The position numbers and the translations under genes were made by a program. From a virus (lineage: Duplodnaviria; Heunggongvirae; Uroviricota; Caudoviricetes): 37,615 nt of DNA. The notes under the pieces were generated by a model that saw nothing but the letters and a program-made list of their open reading frames with translations, was not told the origin of the DNA and made no database searches. Positions 1 through 9,338 of the stretch are shown in pieces (the first letter of the stretch is position 1; every line of letters begins with the position of its first letter). Where the stretch lies: the IMG/VR virus record IMGVR_UViG_2721755720_000002, positions 1-37,615 of that record; one strand, 5' to 3'.

Positions 1-192
1 TCAGGAGCATTTCTGATTAACGCCACCGTTAAGAATCCACCCTTCAACAGCTTCACGAAGGTATGATTTGGGGTGGGTTCTGACTGGCTTCGGAAATCCG
101 TGCCGTTTGGTATAGTTCCAGATTGTCTGACGTGATGAAACACCGAGCTTGTTCATCACTTCTTTCTCAGGAATCAGACTGGTATCGGTCAT
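1..192 (-). CDS. AlpA/Xis-like small DNA-binding protein (excisionase or regulator); start at 192, 3' end likely runs past the window edge
   Basis: ORF track 63 aa MTDTSLIPEKEVMNKLGVSSRQTIWNYTKRHGFPKP, resembling AlpA-family HTH proteins that sit next to integrases; GGAGA Shine-Dalgarno upstream of ATG at 192; no stop codon before position 1. Confidence 0.55.
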   Translation of the reverse strand: MTDTSLIPEKEVMNKLGVSSRQTIWNYTKRHGFPKPVRTHPKSYLREAVEGWILNGGVNQKCS

Positions 193-269
193 CTTAATTC
201 TCCAGGCAAAAAGAAACCGCCATATAGCGGCTCTATCAGATATGTACAGGCCTCATCGAGTGTGAGGCG

Positions 270-614
270 TTAGTCCTTGCGTAGCTCGCTGATTCTTCTG
301 TAAGTCTCTGGTGCTTTGTTTCCGTGTATCTTCATTTCAGACTTCAACAGAGCAACGAGGGAATCCCATTCGTTGAGGATGCCTTTGAATGCCGGAACGC
401 GCTTTGCAACCTTGTCGAATGAATCTCTGATTTCTGGAATCTGCTCAACAAGCGCAACGCATCGCCGGAAGTCTGCTGCGTCATGTGGAGCACCGAAGCT
501 ATGACCATAGATATTCTTTTTCAGTCCACATGCGATTGAGGCAAGAGTTGCGCTACTGATGCCGACATCGCCAGTCGATTGCCATTTCAAAACCTTCATA
601 GCCAAATCTGACAT
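270..614 (-). CDS. hypothetical early-left phage protein (114 aa)
   Basis: Intact ORF with GGAGA Shine-Dalgarno before ATG at 614; no family recognised. Confidence 0.45.
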   Translation of the reverse strand: MSDLAMKVLKWQSTGDVGISSATLASIACGLKKNIYGHSFGAPHDAADFRRCVALVEQIPEIRDSFDKVAKRVPAFKGILNEWDSLVALLKSEMKIHGNKAPETYRRISELRKD

Positions 615-654
615 TTCTTGTCTCCATAAAACAAAACCCGCCGTAGCGAGTTCA

Positions 655-684
655 GATAAAATAAATCCCCGCGAATGCGAGGAT
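655..684 (-). terminator. candidate intrinsic terminator or attenuator on the minus strand after the ASCH-like gene
   Basis: Minus-strand hairpin TCCTCGC-ATT-GCGGGGA (one G-U pair) followed by a U-rich tract; read by eye. Confidence 0.3.
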
Positions 685-686
685 TG

Positions 687-971
687 TTATTCATTGCCGA
701 TATTCACCTTTATCGCGAACACCTTTACCGGTTTATCTCCGAAGTGTGGATGTGTGATTGTCTTCACTTCATATCCGCCATACGGGACGTCAATTCTGCG
801 ACTGGAATCGTCGCGCTTCGGATATCCCTTTGTGATAATCAGGCGGTCATACTCGCGGAACATAATTCGCTTATTCCAGTAGCCATTGCACAGGCGATAC
901 TCTTCCGTTTTCTCTCCGCGAATCATGGCATCGAAGTATTCACCTTTGACGGCAAGTTGCAGGTTAGCCAC
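687..971 (-). CDS. ASCH-like small domain protein (95 aa from GTG start)
   Basis: AGGAGG then 6 nt then GTG at 971-969; product VANLQLAVKGEYFDAMIRGEKTEEYR resembles ASCH-type N-termini; the longer track ORF (687..1046) lacks an RBS and overlaps the upstream gene. Confidence 0.45.
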   Translation of the reverse strand: MANLQLAVKGEYFDAMIRGEKTEEYRLCNGYWNKRIMFREYDRLIITKGYPKRDDSSRRIDVPYGGYEVKTITHPHFGDKPVKVFAIKVNIGNE

Positions 972-1182
972 GGTTAACCTCCTGCGCCGTTTTGATGATT
1001 GCTGCCAGACAATTCTTGCAAGGAACAAGCAGCGGTCCCTGCTCAATGCTCAATAGCGCATGCTGAGCACCATGAAAAAGCCATTCGAATGACCCAGGCC
1101 GATGACCGCACCATGTCTCAATCTCGTGCTTAGGGAGTTTAACTCCCTCTCGATAGTCATATTTGATGATGTGCTTGCTCAC
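964..1182 (-). CDS. hypothetical protein (72 aa, GTG start)
   Basis: AGGAGG 7 nt upstream of GTG at 1182; its stop overlaps the ASCH-like start. Confidence 0.45.
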   Translation of the reverse strand: MSKHIIKYDYREGVKLPKHEIETWCGHRPGSFEWLFHGAQHALLSIEQGPLLVPCKNCLAAIIKTAQEVNRG

Positions 1183-1370
1183 GACTTCACCTCCTGTTGA
1201 GCAGAAACCTGATTTTTGAGTGATTCAGAAATATTCCTGCAATACCTAGCGGATTCATCGTCGAAAATGCTTTCGAAATACTCAGCAATCCAGCCGAACA
1301 CAACAACCTGCTCATTGCTTGGATTTGCACTTTGATTGAAGGCGGTTATTAGTGATGCACTCATACTCAC
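1179..1370 (-). CDS. hypothetical protein (63 aa; GTG at 1370 or ATG at 1364)
   Basis: ORF with AGGAGG upstream; start codon ambiguous; GTGA overlap with the upstream stop. Confidence 0.4.
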   Translation of the reverse strand: MSMSASLITAFNQSANPSNEQVVVFGWIAEYFESIFDDESARYCRNISESLKNQVSAQQEVKS

Positions 1371-1927
1371 TTAACCTCCTGTTTTGGGGCTGCTGGAAGT
1401 GGCATCCAGTGGGTTATGATTACTTCGCGAGGATTGCAGTCGTCCTCTACTGGCTGCCACTCCGTCCATCCATTGGTTTTATGGACAAAGAAATAAGCAG
1501 GAATGTAGTCTGGTTCATCTCCTTCAAAATATGTTCCCCAGCAAAGATACAAGCAATTGCTATCAGGCATTCGCTCACTACAGCTTATCCAACCATCCGG
1601 AGTTCCCGGAGAGTTGCCATTTACATCGAAGTTTGGCTCTGCGTCCTGAACCAGGAGGATGTAACCATTCTTGGCTGTATCAAGTTCTAACGCCTCGGTG
1701 ACGGTGCCGAAATAGCGATTACCTAAATCAGCATCACAAGTGCTTACATCAATGGAAACTTCCATGCCTTCGATTAATTCTGGCAAGTTGTAAGTTTGGC
1801 TTACAGGCTCTGCTTCCAGCGATGACAGTGCAATTCGTGCCAGTTCCATTTGTTCGCCACGGGTAAGCCCGTTTTCAAGCGGGGATTTAATGAACAATTC
1901 GATACGTTCTTTAGTGATAGTGCTCAT
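1367..1927 (-). CDS. DUF551-like phage protein (186 aa)
   Basis: AAAGGAGAG Shine-Dalgarno then ATG at 1927; C-terminal ...FFVHKTNGWTEW...ITHWMPLPAAP resembles the DUF551 signature; the track ORF extends upstream without an RBS. Confidence 0.55.
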   Translation of the reverse strand: MSTITKERIELFIKSPLENGLTRGEQMELARIALSSLEAEPVSQTYNLPELIEGMEVSIDVSTCDADLGNRYFGTVTEALELDTAKNGYILLVQDAEPNFDVNGNSPGTPDGWISCSERMPDSNCLYLCWGTYFEGDEPDYIPAYFFVHKTNGWTEWQPVEDDCNPREVIITHWMPLPAAPKQEVK

Positions 1928-1928
1928 A

Positions 1929-2627
1929 TCACTCTCCTTTGATGCGAATGCCAGCGACGCATGGCACATTAACTTCCACGATGCGCACAGTTGGTTTGTA
2001 CATCTCAATCGCTGTCAGCCAGTCAGCGCCAGTCATGCGCTTTTCTGCATCGCCATTAGTCCACTTAACCGGTACACCAATAGCCTTCATCGCGATTTCT
2101 ATTTCCCCGGCGATGGCGCTTTTTCCGCAACCAGTAAAACCAGATACAACGACCAGAACTTCACCTTTGGCTGGTTTTATTTCCCGCGCTTCCAGTTCTG
2201 CTATGCGCTTACTTCCATCCGAGATAACACCTTCGTAATACTCACGCTGCTCGTTGAGTTTTGATTTTGCTTCCTCAAGCTCAACTCTCAGCTTCCCTAC
2301 CGTTAACGCAATATCCTCGTTCTCCTGGTCGCGGGATTTGATGTATTGCTGGTTCCTTTCCCGTTCATCCAGCAGCGCCAGCACGGTAGCTGGACTGGCT
2401 GCGGCGATGAATTCAGCATTGGCCTGCTGTTCCATTTGGAAATCTTCATCGAAACCGCTTTCAGGATGCGCTCCTTCAATTCTGCAAATGGGAATATATC
2501 CAGCAGCCTCGCGATGAATTAGCGCATCATCACAATCAAATCGGCTCTCTCCATATTCGAGCGACCATACACCACACGTTGCTTTTTCTGCCTTGGCACG
2601 CAGTGCCTCATAGTCAATCTTGCTCAC
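1929..2627 (-). CDS. Ea22/ead-like lambdoid early protein (232 aa, GTG start)
   Basis: AAGGAGG then GTG at 2627, overlapping the upstream stop (GTGA); coiled-coil middle and C-terminal region recalled as Ea22-like. Confidence 0.5.
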   Translation of the reverse strand: MSKIDYEALRAKAEKATCGVWSLEYGESRFDCDDALIHREAAGYIPICRIEGAHPESGFDEDFQMEQQANAEFIAAASPATVLALLDERERNQQYIKSRDQENEDIALTVGKLRVELEEAKSKLNEQREYYEGVISDGSKRIAELEAREIKPAKGEVLVVVSGFTGCGKSAIAGEIEIAMKAIGVPVKWTNGDAEKRMTGADWLTAIEMYKPTVRIVEVNVPCVAGIRIKGE

Positions 2628-3226
2628 TGGTTGCCTCCTTTGCGAATCTGTTCAGCGATATCTTCGAGAACACCATCAGAGAATGAGCGGTCAAAATCGC
2701 CTTCCGGCGCATTAGCCATAAACTCAGTAGAGGTAAGAATCATCCGGGCAATATCCGCGGCGTTCTTCGCAGTATCATCAATAAAACCAGCTTCCCAGGC
2801 AGCCAGCATTCTGTTCGCCACAAAGTAAGCTCCCTCCTTGCGTGCTTCAGTCTTCACTTCAGCCAGGAAAGCATCGGTGGCTGGTGTTTGCGGCATCCCT
2901 CCATCTGTTGCGCAGATATACGCATCAGATATTTCATCCTGCTCGCCATCAAACACGTAGCAACTCTGTGCGATAAATTTATTCAGCCCAGCATTCTCCG
3001 CTGCCAGCGCTGAAAACTTCTCGTGTGCCAACTTAACAGCCGAATCAGCCTGCTTAATTGACTCAATCGCTCTCTGCTGGTCTTCGGCCAGCGCCGAAAT
3101 CTTGGCCTCCGCTTCAGCAAATTTACGCACCAGATATTCAGCGTTTGTTTCGTTAACCTTTAAATCACATGGGATGCATTTACCTTTCAGAAATCCATCC
3201 ATCTCAATTAGTGACATTTGTTTCAT
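2624..3226 (-). CDS. hypothetical acidic early protein (about 200 aa; start at ATG 3226, alternatives 3244 or 3217)
   Basis: ORF track 2624..3244; the ATG at 3226 overlaps the stop of the upstream small ORF (ATGA). Confidence 0.4.
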   Translation of the reverse strand: MKQMSLIEMDGFLKGKCIPCDLKVNETNAEYLVRKFAEAEAKISALAEDQQRAIESIKQADSAVKLAHEKFSALAAENAGLNKFIAQSCYVFDGEQDEISDAYICATDGGMPQTPATDAFLAEVKTEARKEGAYFVANRMLAAWEAGFIDDTAKNAADIARMILTSTEFMANAPEGDFDRSFSDGVLEDIAEQIRKGGNQ

Positions 3227-3387
3227 TTCTTCCCACTCCGCCACATCGCATTCAGATATTTGTTGTCATTAACAGAACCGAAACTCTCTCGCTTAAGTAA
3301 TTCCTCTCTCGATGGCATTGGCTTTACGCGCTGGCGAATAATCATTTCTGCCGGAAGAATTCCGGGATTGTATGCAAGTCCTCTCAT
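3223..3387 (-). CDS. small hypothetical protein (54 aa)
   Basis: GAGGA Shine-Dalgarno right after the upstream stop, then ATG at 3387; product [15 protein letters not shown]... Confidence 0.3.
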   Translation of the reverse strand: MRGLAYNPGILPAEMIIRQRVKPMPSREELLKRESFGSVNDNKYLNAMWRSGKK

Positions 3388-3397
3388 GGTAAATTCC

Positions 3398-3694
3398 TCA
3401 GTCATTACTGATAGCGCCATAGCGTGAGCGGTAATTACGCAGGCGCGGGTCGATATATTCAGGGAATTGGGTATATGTGGCTTTGCGGAATGGTCGGATT
3501 GATGTCTGGTAAATTCGCTCTCGTTCTTCTTTCTCTGCAAGCCATATACAATGGCGAAATTCCTTTTCCTCTTTCGTTTCCTGCGGTAGCGACATTATCC
3601 GATCGTAGTTTTTTCTGAATTTATCCAGCACCTCCGATACGGAATTGCCGGAACAGCGGCGCGCGTCATCCGCACCATACAGAGGCGCTGGCAT
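3398..3694 (-). CDS. hypothetical protein (98 aa)
   Basis: AGGAG Shine-Dalgarno before ATG at 3694; sits directly downstream of the exonuclease gene. Confidence 0.45.
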   Translation of the reverse strand: MPAPLYGADDARRCSGNSVSEVLDKFRKNYDRIMSLPQETKEEKEFRHCIWLAEKEERERIYQTSIRPFRKATYTQFPEYIDPRLRNYRSRYGAISND

Positions 3695-3710
3695 GGTTTT
3701 CTCCTGTTGA

Positions 3711-4259
3711 TTATTTAGCTAACTTTTTCCAGATCGCTGAAACGTATTTGGCTTGGTGAATGGCATCATCAAGCGCGTTGTGGCGAGTTCCTTTGAATGG
3801 CATATCTCGCTTAGGGTCGAATCCTATTACCTTCCCAAGTTCGACGATTGTTCTTACGTCGCGGTCATTCCACCACTTCCACGGAACTGGCTGCCCTGTC
3901 AGCGAATAACTGTTTCGGAGAATAACGCAGTCAAATGATGCTCCATTCCCCCAAACCTGAACGAATTTGTGGTTAGCGTTCTTTATGATGAATTCAGATA
4001 ACCATGAAAGAGCCGTTGAAAGCTCCTGAGTGTTGCTGGTTAGCGATTTTCTGGCTTCTTCACTCTGTTCCAGCCACCATAAAATCGTTGAAGCGTCAGG
4101 ACGCGCTCGATATCGCATTGATGATTCAAGCGAGATATTTACCGAGAACTCTTCTCCTGTTTCTCCGGTATTCGGGTCAAAGAATACCGCCCCAATAGAA
4201 ATAACTGGCGCGTATGGCCCGTTGCCCATTGTTTCAAGGTCAACCATCAAGTGATTCAT
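3711..4259 (-). CDS. DnaQ-like (DEDDh) 3'-5' exonuclease
   Basis: 182 aa; MVDLETMG and HNALDDA motifs typical of DEDD exonucleases; AAGGA Shine-Dalgarno; lies next to SSB and the annealing protein. Confidence 0.7.
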   Translation of the reverse strand: MNHLMVDLETMGNGPYAPVISIGAVFFDPNTGETGEEFSVNISLESSMRYRARPDASTILWWLEQSEEARKSLTSNTQELSTALSWLSEFIIKNANHKFVQVWGNGASFDCVILRNSYSLTGQPVPWKWWNDRDVRTIVELGKVIGFDPKRDMPFKGTRHNALDDAIHQAKYVSAIWKKLAK

Positions 4260-4267
4260 GTAAGTCC

Positions 4268-4783
4268 TTAAATTGCGTGAATAGCGTGACGAGGGAAGGG
4301 GAGAGTTACTGGTGCAAAGGGGATATCGTCGTCAAAATCCATAGGTGGTTCGCTGTGATTTCCCTGCTGCTGAGGTTGCTGTCTTTGTTGCTGACCATTA
4401 TTTCGCTGAGGTGAAGACTGTTCATTGCCTCCTTGCTTGCCACCAAGCATTTGCATGGTTCCACCAACGCCCACGATGACTTCGGTAGTGAACCGATCCT
4501 GTCCGCTTTGATCCTGCCATTTTCTTGTCCGCAATTTGCCTTCAAGATAAACCTCAGAGCCTTTTCGCAGATATTCGCTGGCAATTTCTTCCAGTTTCCC
4601 GCTCATTACCACGCGGTGCCACTCCGTCTGCTCCTTTTGCTCTCCAGTTTTCTTATCACGCCATTGTTCTGACGTAGCAACGGTAAGGTTTGCAAATGCC
4701 GTTCCTGATGGTGAATATCTGATTTCTGGATCATGCCCAAGGCGACCAATAATGATCACCTTATTTACGCCTCTGCTTGCCAT
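4268..4783 (-). CDS. ssb: single-stranded DNA-binding protein with a 15-residue extension after the DDDIPF tip
   Basis: OB-fold N-terminus [22 protein letters not shown], Gly/Gln-rich linker, [11 protein letters not shown] followed by [15 protein letters not shown] before the TAA. Confidence 0.85.
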   Translation of the reverse strand: MASRGVNKVIIIGRLGHDPEIRYSPSGTAFANLTVATSEQWRDKKTGEQKEQTEWHRVVMSGKLEEIASEYLRKGSEVYLEGKLRTRKWQDQSGQDRFTTEVIVGVGGTMQMLGGKQGGNEQSSPQRNNGQQQRQQPQQQGNHSEPPMDFDDDIPFAPVTLPFPRHAIHAI

Positions 4784-5491
4784 TTATGCCGCCTGTTTTA
4801 GTTCGTTAACTCTGATGTTCATTACCTGAACGCATTTAGCCTGCGCCTCCTCGTTGCCAGCCATTAATTGCCAGTCATGCTGATAACGCTCGATGAGTTT
4901 TTTCTTGTCAGTTTCTGTCGCTGCATAATCGCTGAAGTCTTTCAGGATTTGTTCGCAGTCAACCGATGGATATTTCTGGTTGGTATTTTCTGGTGATGGT
5001 TTGTTATCTGATGCTGGGATTGCCCAGCCCGGCAGCGATGGAGGGAGCCAGTAAAATCCTGTTCCATCCTTGAGTTTTGCCCTGTGCCATCCCTGCTTTT
5101 TGTCGAGAGATGTTTGTGCGAAACCTTCCTCAAGGTTATACAGATACCGACCGATTCCCCATTGAACGGCAGCGCGCTTCATTGCACCGGAACGACCACC
5201 TTTGACGGCTTCTACCTGCGTGTTTTCAGCAGCATCCCATTTGGTTACCCATTCGGAATCAATCTTTATCGATATGCCGCATTCAACGCCGCCGTTGTTG
5301 GGAATATCGCGGTATTCATTGCGCCATCCTGCTTTGCCGCAAACATCGTCCAGGCGTTTCATGATTGCCCGGTTCGTGACATAAGCCAGCACCATAGCCC
5401 ACACTTTGCCATCGCGTGTTTTACCGCTTTGCTGTATTCGCCATTCGATATCTTCAGGGCTGAATGGCTCATCGAATTTATTCAAATCCAT
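4784..5491 (-). CDS. Rad52-family (Sak/DUF1071-like) single-strand annealing protein
   Basis: 235 aa; KRAAVQWGIGRYLYNL motif recalled as Rad52/22-type; GAGGTGA Shine-Dalgarno; its stop directly abuts the ssb ATG. Confidence 0.55.
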   Translation of the reverse strand: MDLNKFDEPFSPEDIEWRIQQSGKTRDGKVWAMVLAYVTNRAIMKRLDDVCGKAGWRNEYRDIPNNGGVECGISIKIDSEWVTKWDAAENTQVEAVKGGRSGAMKRAAVQWGIGRYLYNLEEGFAQTSLDKKQGWHRAKLKDGTGFYWLPPSLPGWAIPASDNKPSPENTNQKYPSVDCEQILKDFSDYAATETDKKKLIERYQHDWQLMAGNEEAQAKCVQVMNIRVNELKQAA

Positions 5492-5578
5492 AATTCACCT
5501 CAGAATGGACATGGCCCAAGGAAATAACGCTGATTTAATACTTCAGTCTTTGCCGCATTTAAAAATACGCGAACACCT

Positions 5579-5750
5579 TCACGATCTCCCTTCTGGCGAT
5601 ACATTAACGCCTGCTGCGTGTACATGCGTCTCTGTAACTTGCTCTCCTTCACTGTGGTTGCAAGTGACATGAATATCTCCTTCGTTACCGATTAATTCTT
5701 TCATCTGACGAATGAATTCTTCGTCTGACCAGTTATCTGTAAAACTCATG
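5579..5750 (-). CDS. small acidic hypothetical protein (56 aa), in the position of lambda kil
   Basis: ATG at 5750 overlaps the TGA of the cIII-like gene (ATGA); product MSFTDNWSDEEFIRQMKELIG... Confidence 0.35.
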
Positions 5751-5916
5751 GACGGCCTTGTTGTTTCAAAATATCCCAAAGCTTTTCGAGCAAACTTTTC
5801 ATTCTTGGTTGTTTAAAGTCTGCTCCGGTTAAAATATTTTTTCGTGAATGCTGTACCGATAAAATCGGGTTGAAAGGGCGAACCGATGCCGCCCCTGCAA
5901 TAGCGAACTGTTGCAT
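5746..5916 (-). CDS. cIII: CIII-like small protein (56 aa), not in the ORF track
   Basis: AAGGAG then ATG at 5916; MQQFAIAGAASVRPFNPILSVQHSRKNILTGADFKQPRMKSLLEKLWDILKQQGRP; N-terminus and KSLLEKLWDIL region resemble lambda CIII from memory; syntenic position. Confidence 0.5.
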   Translation of the reverse strand: MQQFAIAGAASVRPFNPILSVQHSRKNILTGADFKQPRMKSLLEKLWDILKQQGRP

Positions 5917-5991
5917 AGGATGCTCCTTCTGTTTGATTGCATAACGAAAACGCCTCTAGTGAAGCGTTATTGGTATGCGGTAAAGCCGCGC

Positions 5992-6303
5992 TTAGGCGGC
6001 TGATGTTTCTTCTTTCAGGCTTTCGAGATATTTACGTGGGTCGTCGCAACATTGGCATTCGCTGTACCAATCCACCCAGCGATCAGTAAGCCCCATATCT
6101 GATAAATCTTCATCGGTAAGGCTCTCATCCCACATCTCAAGGCCGTTAGCATTGCAGTAATCAGGCTTGATGTTGTTGTCATACTGAAAGGCGTCATAAT
6201 CAGCCAGTGCGTCCATCAGGCGAACACCCTCTTCAACACTTGCCACTTCTACAATGAACGGCTTCATAGGTACTTGCGGGATATGCCAGACACGTAATTT
6301 CAT
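5992..6303 (-). CDS. acidic hypothetical early protein with ECQCC motif (103 aa)
   Basis: GGAGGA Shine-Dalgarno before ATG at 6303; highly Asp/Glu-rich product. Confidence 0.5.
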   Translation of the reverse strand: MKLRVWHIPQVPMKPFIVEVASVEEGVRLMDALADYDAFQYDNNIKPDYCNANGLEMWDESLTDEDLSDMGLTDRWVDWYSECQCCDDPRKYLESLKEETSAA

Positions 6304-6315
6304 ATTTCCTCCGTC

Positions 6316-6342
6316 AAAAAAATGCCCTCACACTGGAGGGCA
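6316..6342 (-). terminator. intrinsic terminator on the minus strand (tL-like) between the moron and downstream early genes
   Basis: Minus-strand hairpin TGCCCTC-CAGTGT-GAGGGCA followed by seven U. Confidence 0.55.
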
Positions 6343-6445
6343 AAGAAGATTTCCAATAATCAGAACAAGTCGGCTCCTGTTTAGTTACGAGCGACATTGC
6401 TCCGTGTATTCACTCGTTGGAATGAATACACAGTGCTTATTTGTA

Positions 6446-6916
6446 CTAATAAAATACCCAATTTTCTGTTTCTTGGTTGTGTCCAAAGTTATATTCAATA
6501 TCTGGTGTTGATGTATCAATATTCTTCATCCCATCAACAAGAGTTGATACAACAGCCAAATCTTGTTTGATTCTCATTAAATGGTATTTCTTCCGGCGCA
6601 ATAAACTTTCAATGGCAAGTTTCTTCGTTGGGAATGCAAAAGATCTTTCTGCATTTTTTGCTACTTTCTTAATTGCATATCTATTTCTCTTTTGTTTCCA
6701 TTCCTGTAACCACTGATTTGGTGCTGGTTTAAAATTAACAATCCAATGCGCAGGAACCAACCATGCATAATGCTCTGTCTGATGAAAAGCTATATATTGA
6801 AGTGCGAATATTTTGATTCCATCTTCTTCAACTGTCGCCTGGAATCTCCAGAAAACAGGCATTCCATCATGTTCAGTTTCTGATTCAGGAAAAGGTACGC
6901 TCCATGATTTTGTCAT
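6446..6916 (-). CDS. hypothetical AT-rich moron protein (156 aa) immediately downstream of N
   Basis: GAGGTGAG Shine-Dalgarno then ATG at 6916; coding region visibly AT-richer than its neighbours; followed by an intrinsic terminator; no motif recognised. Confidence 0.55.
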   Translation of the reverse strand: MTKSWSVPFPESETEHDGMPVFWRFQATVEEDGIKIFALQYIAFHQTEHYAWLVPAHWIVNFKPAPNQWLQEWKQKRNRYAIKKVAKNAERSFAFPTKKLAIESLLRRKKYHLMRIKQDLAVVSTLVDGMKNIDTSTPDIEYNFGHNQETENWVFY

Positions 6917-6924
6917 ATCTCACC

Positions 6925-7251
6925 TCAAATAAGTGGCTTGCTGCCTAATTTCATTTTCTGGCGACCAACACAAGTCACACCCATTTCACTGCGTGGCTTG
7001 CTGTACCATGTGCGCTGATTCTTGCGCTCAATACGCTGCAGGTTGCTTTCAATCTGTTCGTGGTATTCAGCCAGCACCGTAAGGTCTATCGGATTCAGTG
7101 CGCTTTCTACTCGTGATTTCGGTTTGCGATTCAGCGAGAGAATAGGGCGGTTAACTGGTTTTGCGCTTACCCCAACCAACAGGGGATTTGCTGCTTTCCA
7201 TTGAGCCTGTTTCTCTGCGCGACGTTCGCGGCGGCGTGTTTGTGCATCCAT
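6925..7251 (-). CDS. N: antitermination protein N (lambda type, 108 aa)
   Basis: Product MDAQTRRRERRAEKQAQWKAANPLLVGVSAKPVNRPILSLNRKPKSRVESALNPIDLTVLAEY... is near-identical to lambda N as recalled; nutL lies upstream. Confidence 0.9.
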   Translation of the reverse strand: MDAQTRRRERRAEKQAQWKAANPLLVGVSAKPVNRPILSLNRKPKSRVESALNPIDLTVLAEYHEQIESNLQRIERKNQRTWYSKPRSEMGVTCVGRQKMKLGSKPLI

Positions 7252-7361
7252 CTGGATTCTCCTGTCAGTTAGCTTTGAGTAACGCGCCGTGATGCTTATC
7301 TCCACGGTTGCTGTCTTGCAGCTGCATTTCGCGCTACTCAAAGCTTTCTGCTTTGAATGCT

Positions 7362-7392
7362 GCCCTTCTTCAGGGCTTAATTTTTAAGAGCC
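7362..7392 (-). promoter_or_regulatory. nutL: nutL (boxA plus boxB)
   Basis: Minus strand reads GCTCTTAAAAATTAAGCCCTGAAGAAGGGCA: boxA-like GCTCTTA and boxB hairpin GCCCTGAAGAAGGGC, matching lambda nutL. Confidence 0.8.
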
Positions 7393-7431
7393 TCACCTTC
7401 ATGGTGGTCAGTGCGTCCTGCTGATGGCTTA

Positions 7432-7504
7432 AAATTACAAGAAAGATTGTATGTTGTAAACAAGAAATATTGTAAAAAGGGGCGTGAAAAACAAAATCCA
7501 TTGT
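7432..7504 (-). promoter_or_regulatory. oL/pL: three 434-type 14-bp operators (7437-7450, 7460-7473, 7491-7504) with a candidate leftward promoter (-35 TTTACA 7460-7455, -10 TAATTT 7437-7432)
   Basis: ACAAGAAAGATTGT, ACAAGAAATATTGT and ACAAAATCCATTGT all fit ACAA-N6-TTGT; promoter hexamers with 17-bp spacing overlap them. Confidence 0.7.
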
Positions 7505-7553
7505 TTTTAAATGAAAAATAGTTTGTTTTTGGTTATCGAGATTGAGGTGGGGA

Positions 7554-8906
<1,353 letters not shown>

Positions 8907-8914
8907 GACATTTC

Positions 8915-8946
8915 CGCTCTTACACATCCCAGCCCTGAAAAAGGGC
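8915..8946 (+). promoter_or_regulatory. nutR: nutR (boxA CGCTCTTA 8915-8922, boxB 8932-8946)
   Basis: CGCTCTTACACATCCCAGCCCTGAAAAAGGGC, essentially the lambda nutR sequence. Confidence 0.85.
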
Positions 8947-9025
8947 ATCAAATTAAACCACACCTATGGTGTATGCATTTATTTGCATACATTCAATCAA
9001 TTGTTATCTAAGGAAATACTTACAT

Positions 9026-9304
9026 ATGCAACTTACAAGTACTCGCAAGAAAGCGAATGCAATTACAAGCAACATCCTGAATCGAATTGCTGTACGTGGT
9101 CAGCGAAAGGTTGCCGACGCGTTAGGGATTAATGAATCGCAAATTTCGCGATGGAAAGACAGTTTCATCCCAAAAATGGGAATGCTTCTTGCTGTTCTTG
9201 AATGGGGTGTTGAAGACGAGGAGTTGGCGGAACTGGCTAAGAAAGTAGCCAGAATGCTGACAAAAGAAAAAGCCCCGAAGAACGGCGAATTCTTCGAGGC
9301 CTGA
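9026..9304 (+). CDS. cII: CII-like lysogeny activator (92 aa)
   Basis: AAGGA Shine-Dalgarno then ATG at 9026; ...ESQISRWKDSFIPKMGMLLAVLEWGVEDEELAELAKKVARMLT parallels lambda CII. Confidence 0.8.
   Translation: MQLTSTRKKANAITSNILNRIAVRGQRKVADALGINESQISRWKDSFIPKMGMLLAVLEWGVEDEELAELAKKVARMLTKEKAPKNGEFFEA
9059..9072 (-). promoter_or_regulatory. candidate CII-binding site of a pRE-like promoter (TTGC-N6-TTGC on the minus strand)
   Basis: Forward GCAATTACAAGCAA gives TTGCTTGTAATTGC on the minus strand, inside the 5' part of cII as in lambda. Confidence 0.35.
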
Positions 9305-9338
9305 TGTAGAAAGACTGGATCAATCCACAGGAGTAATT

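Noticed and set aside
1367-2008. Longer 213-aa version of the DUF551-like ORF
   Set aside because: The extension overlaps the Ea22-like gene and lacks an RBS, whereas ATG 1927 has a strong one
4268-4300. SSB C-terminal extension as a sequencing or assembly artefact
   Set aside because: Not fully rejected: the frame is continuous and the TAA sits neatly before the next Shine-Dalgarno, so I report it as real but flag verification
4306-4584. 92-aa minus-strand ORF in another frame inside ssb
   Set aside because: Completely embedded in the well-supported ssb gene; no independent signals
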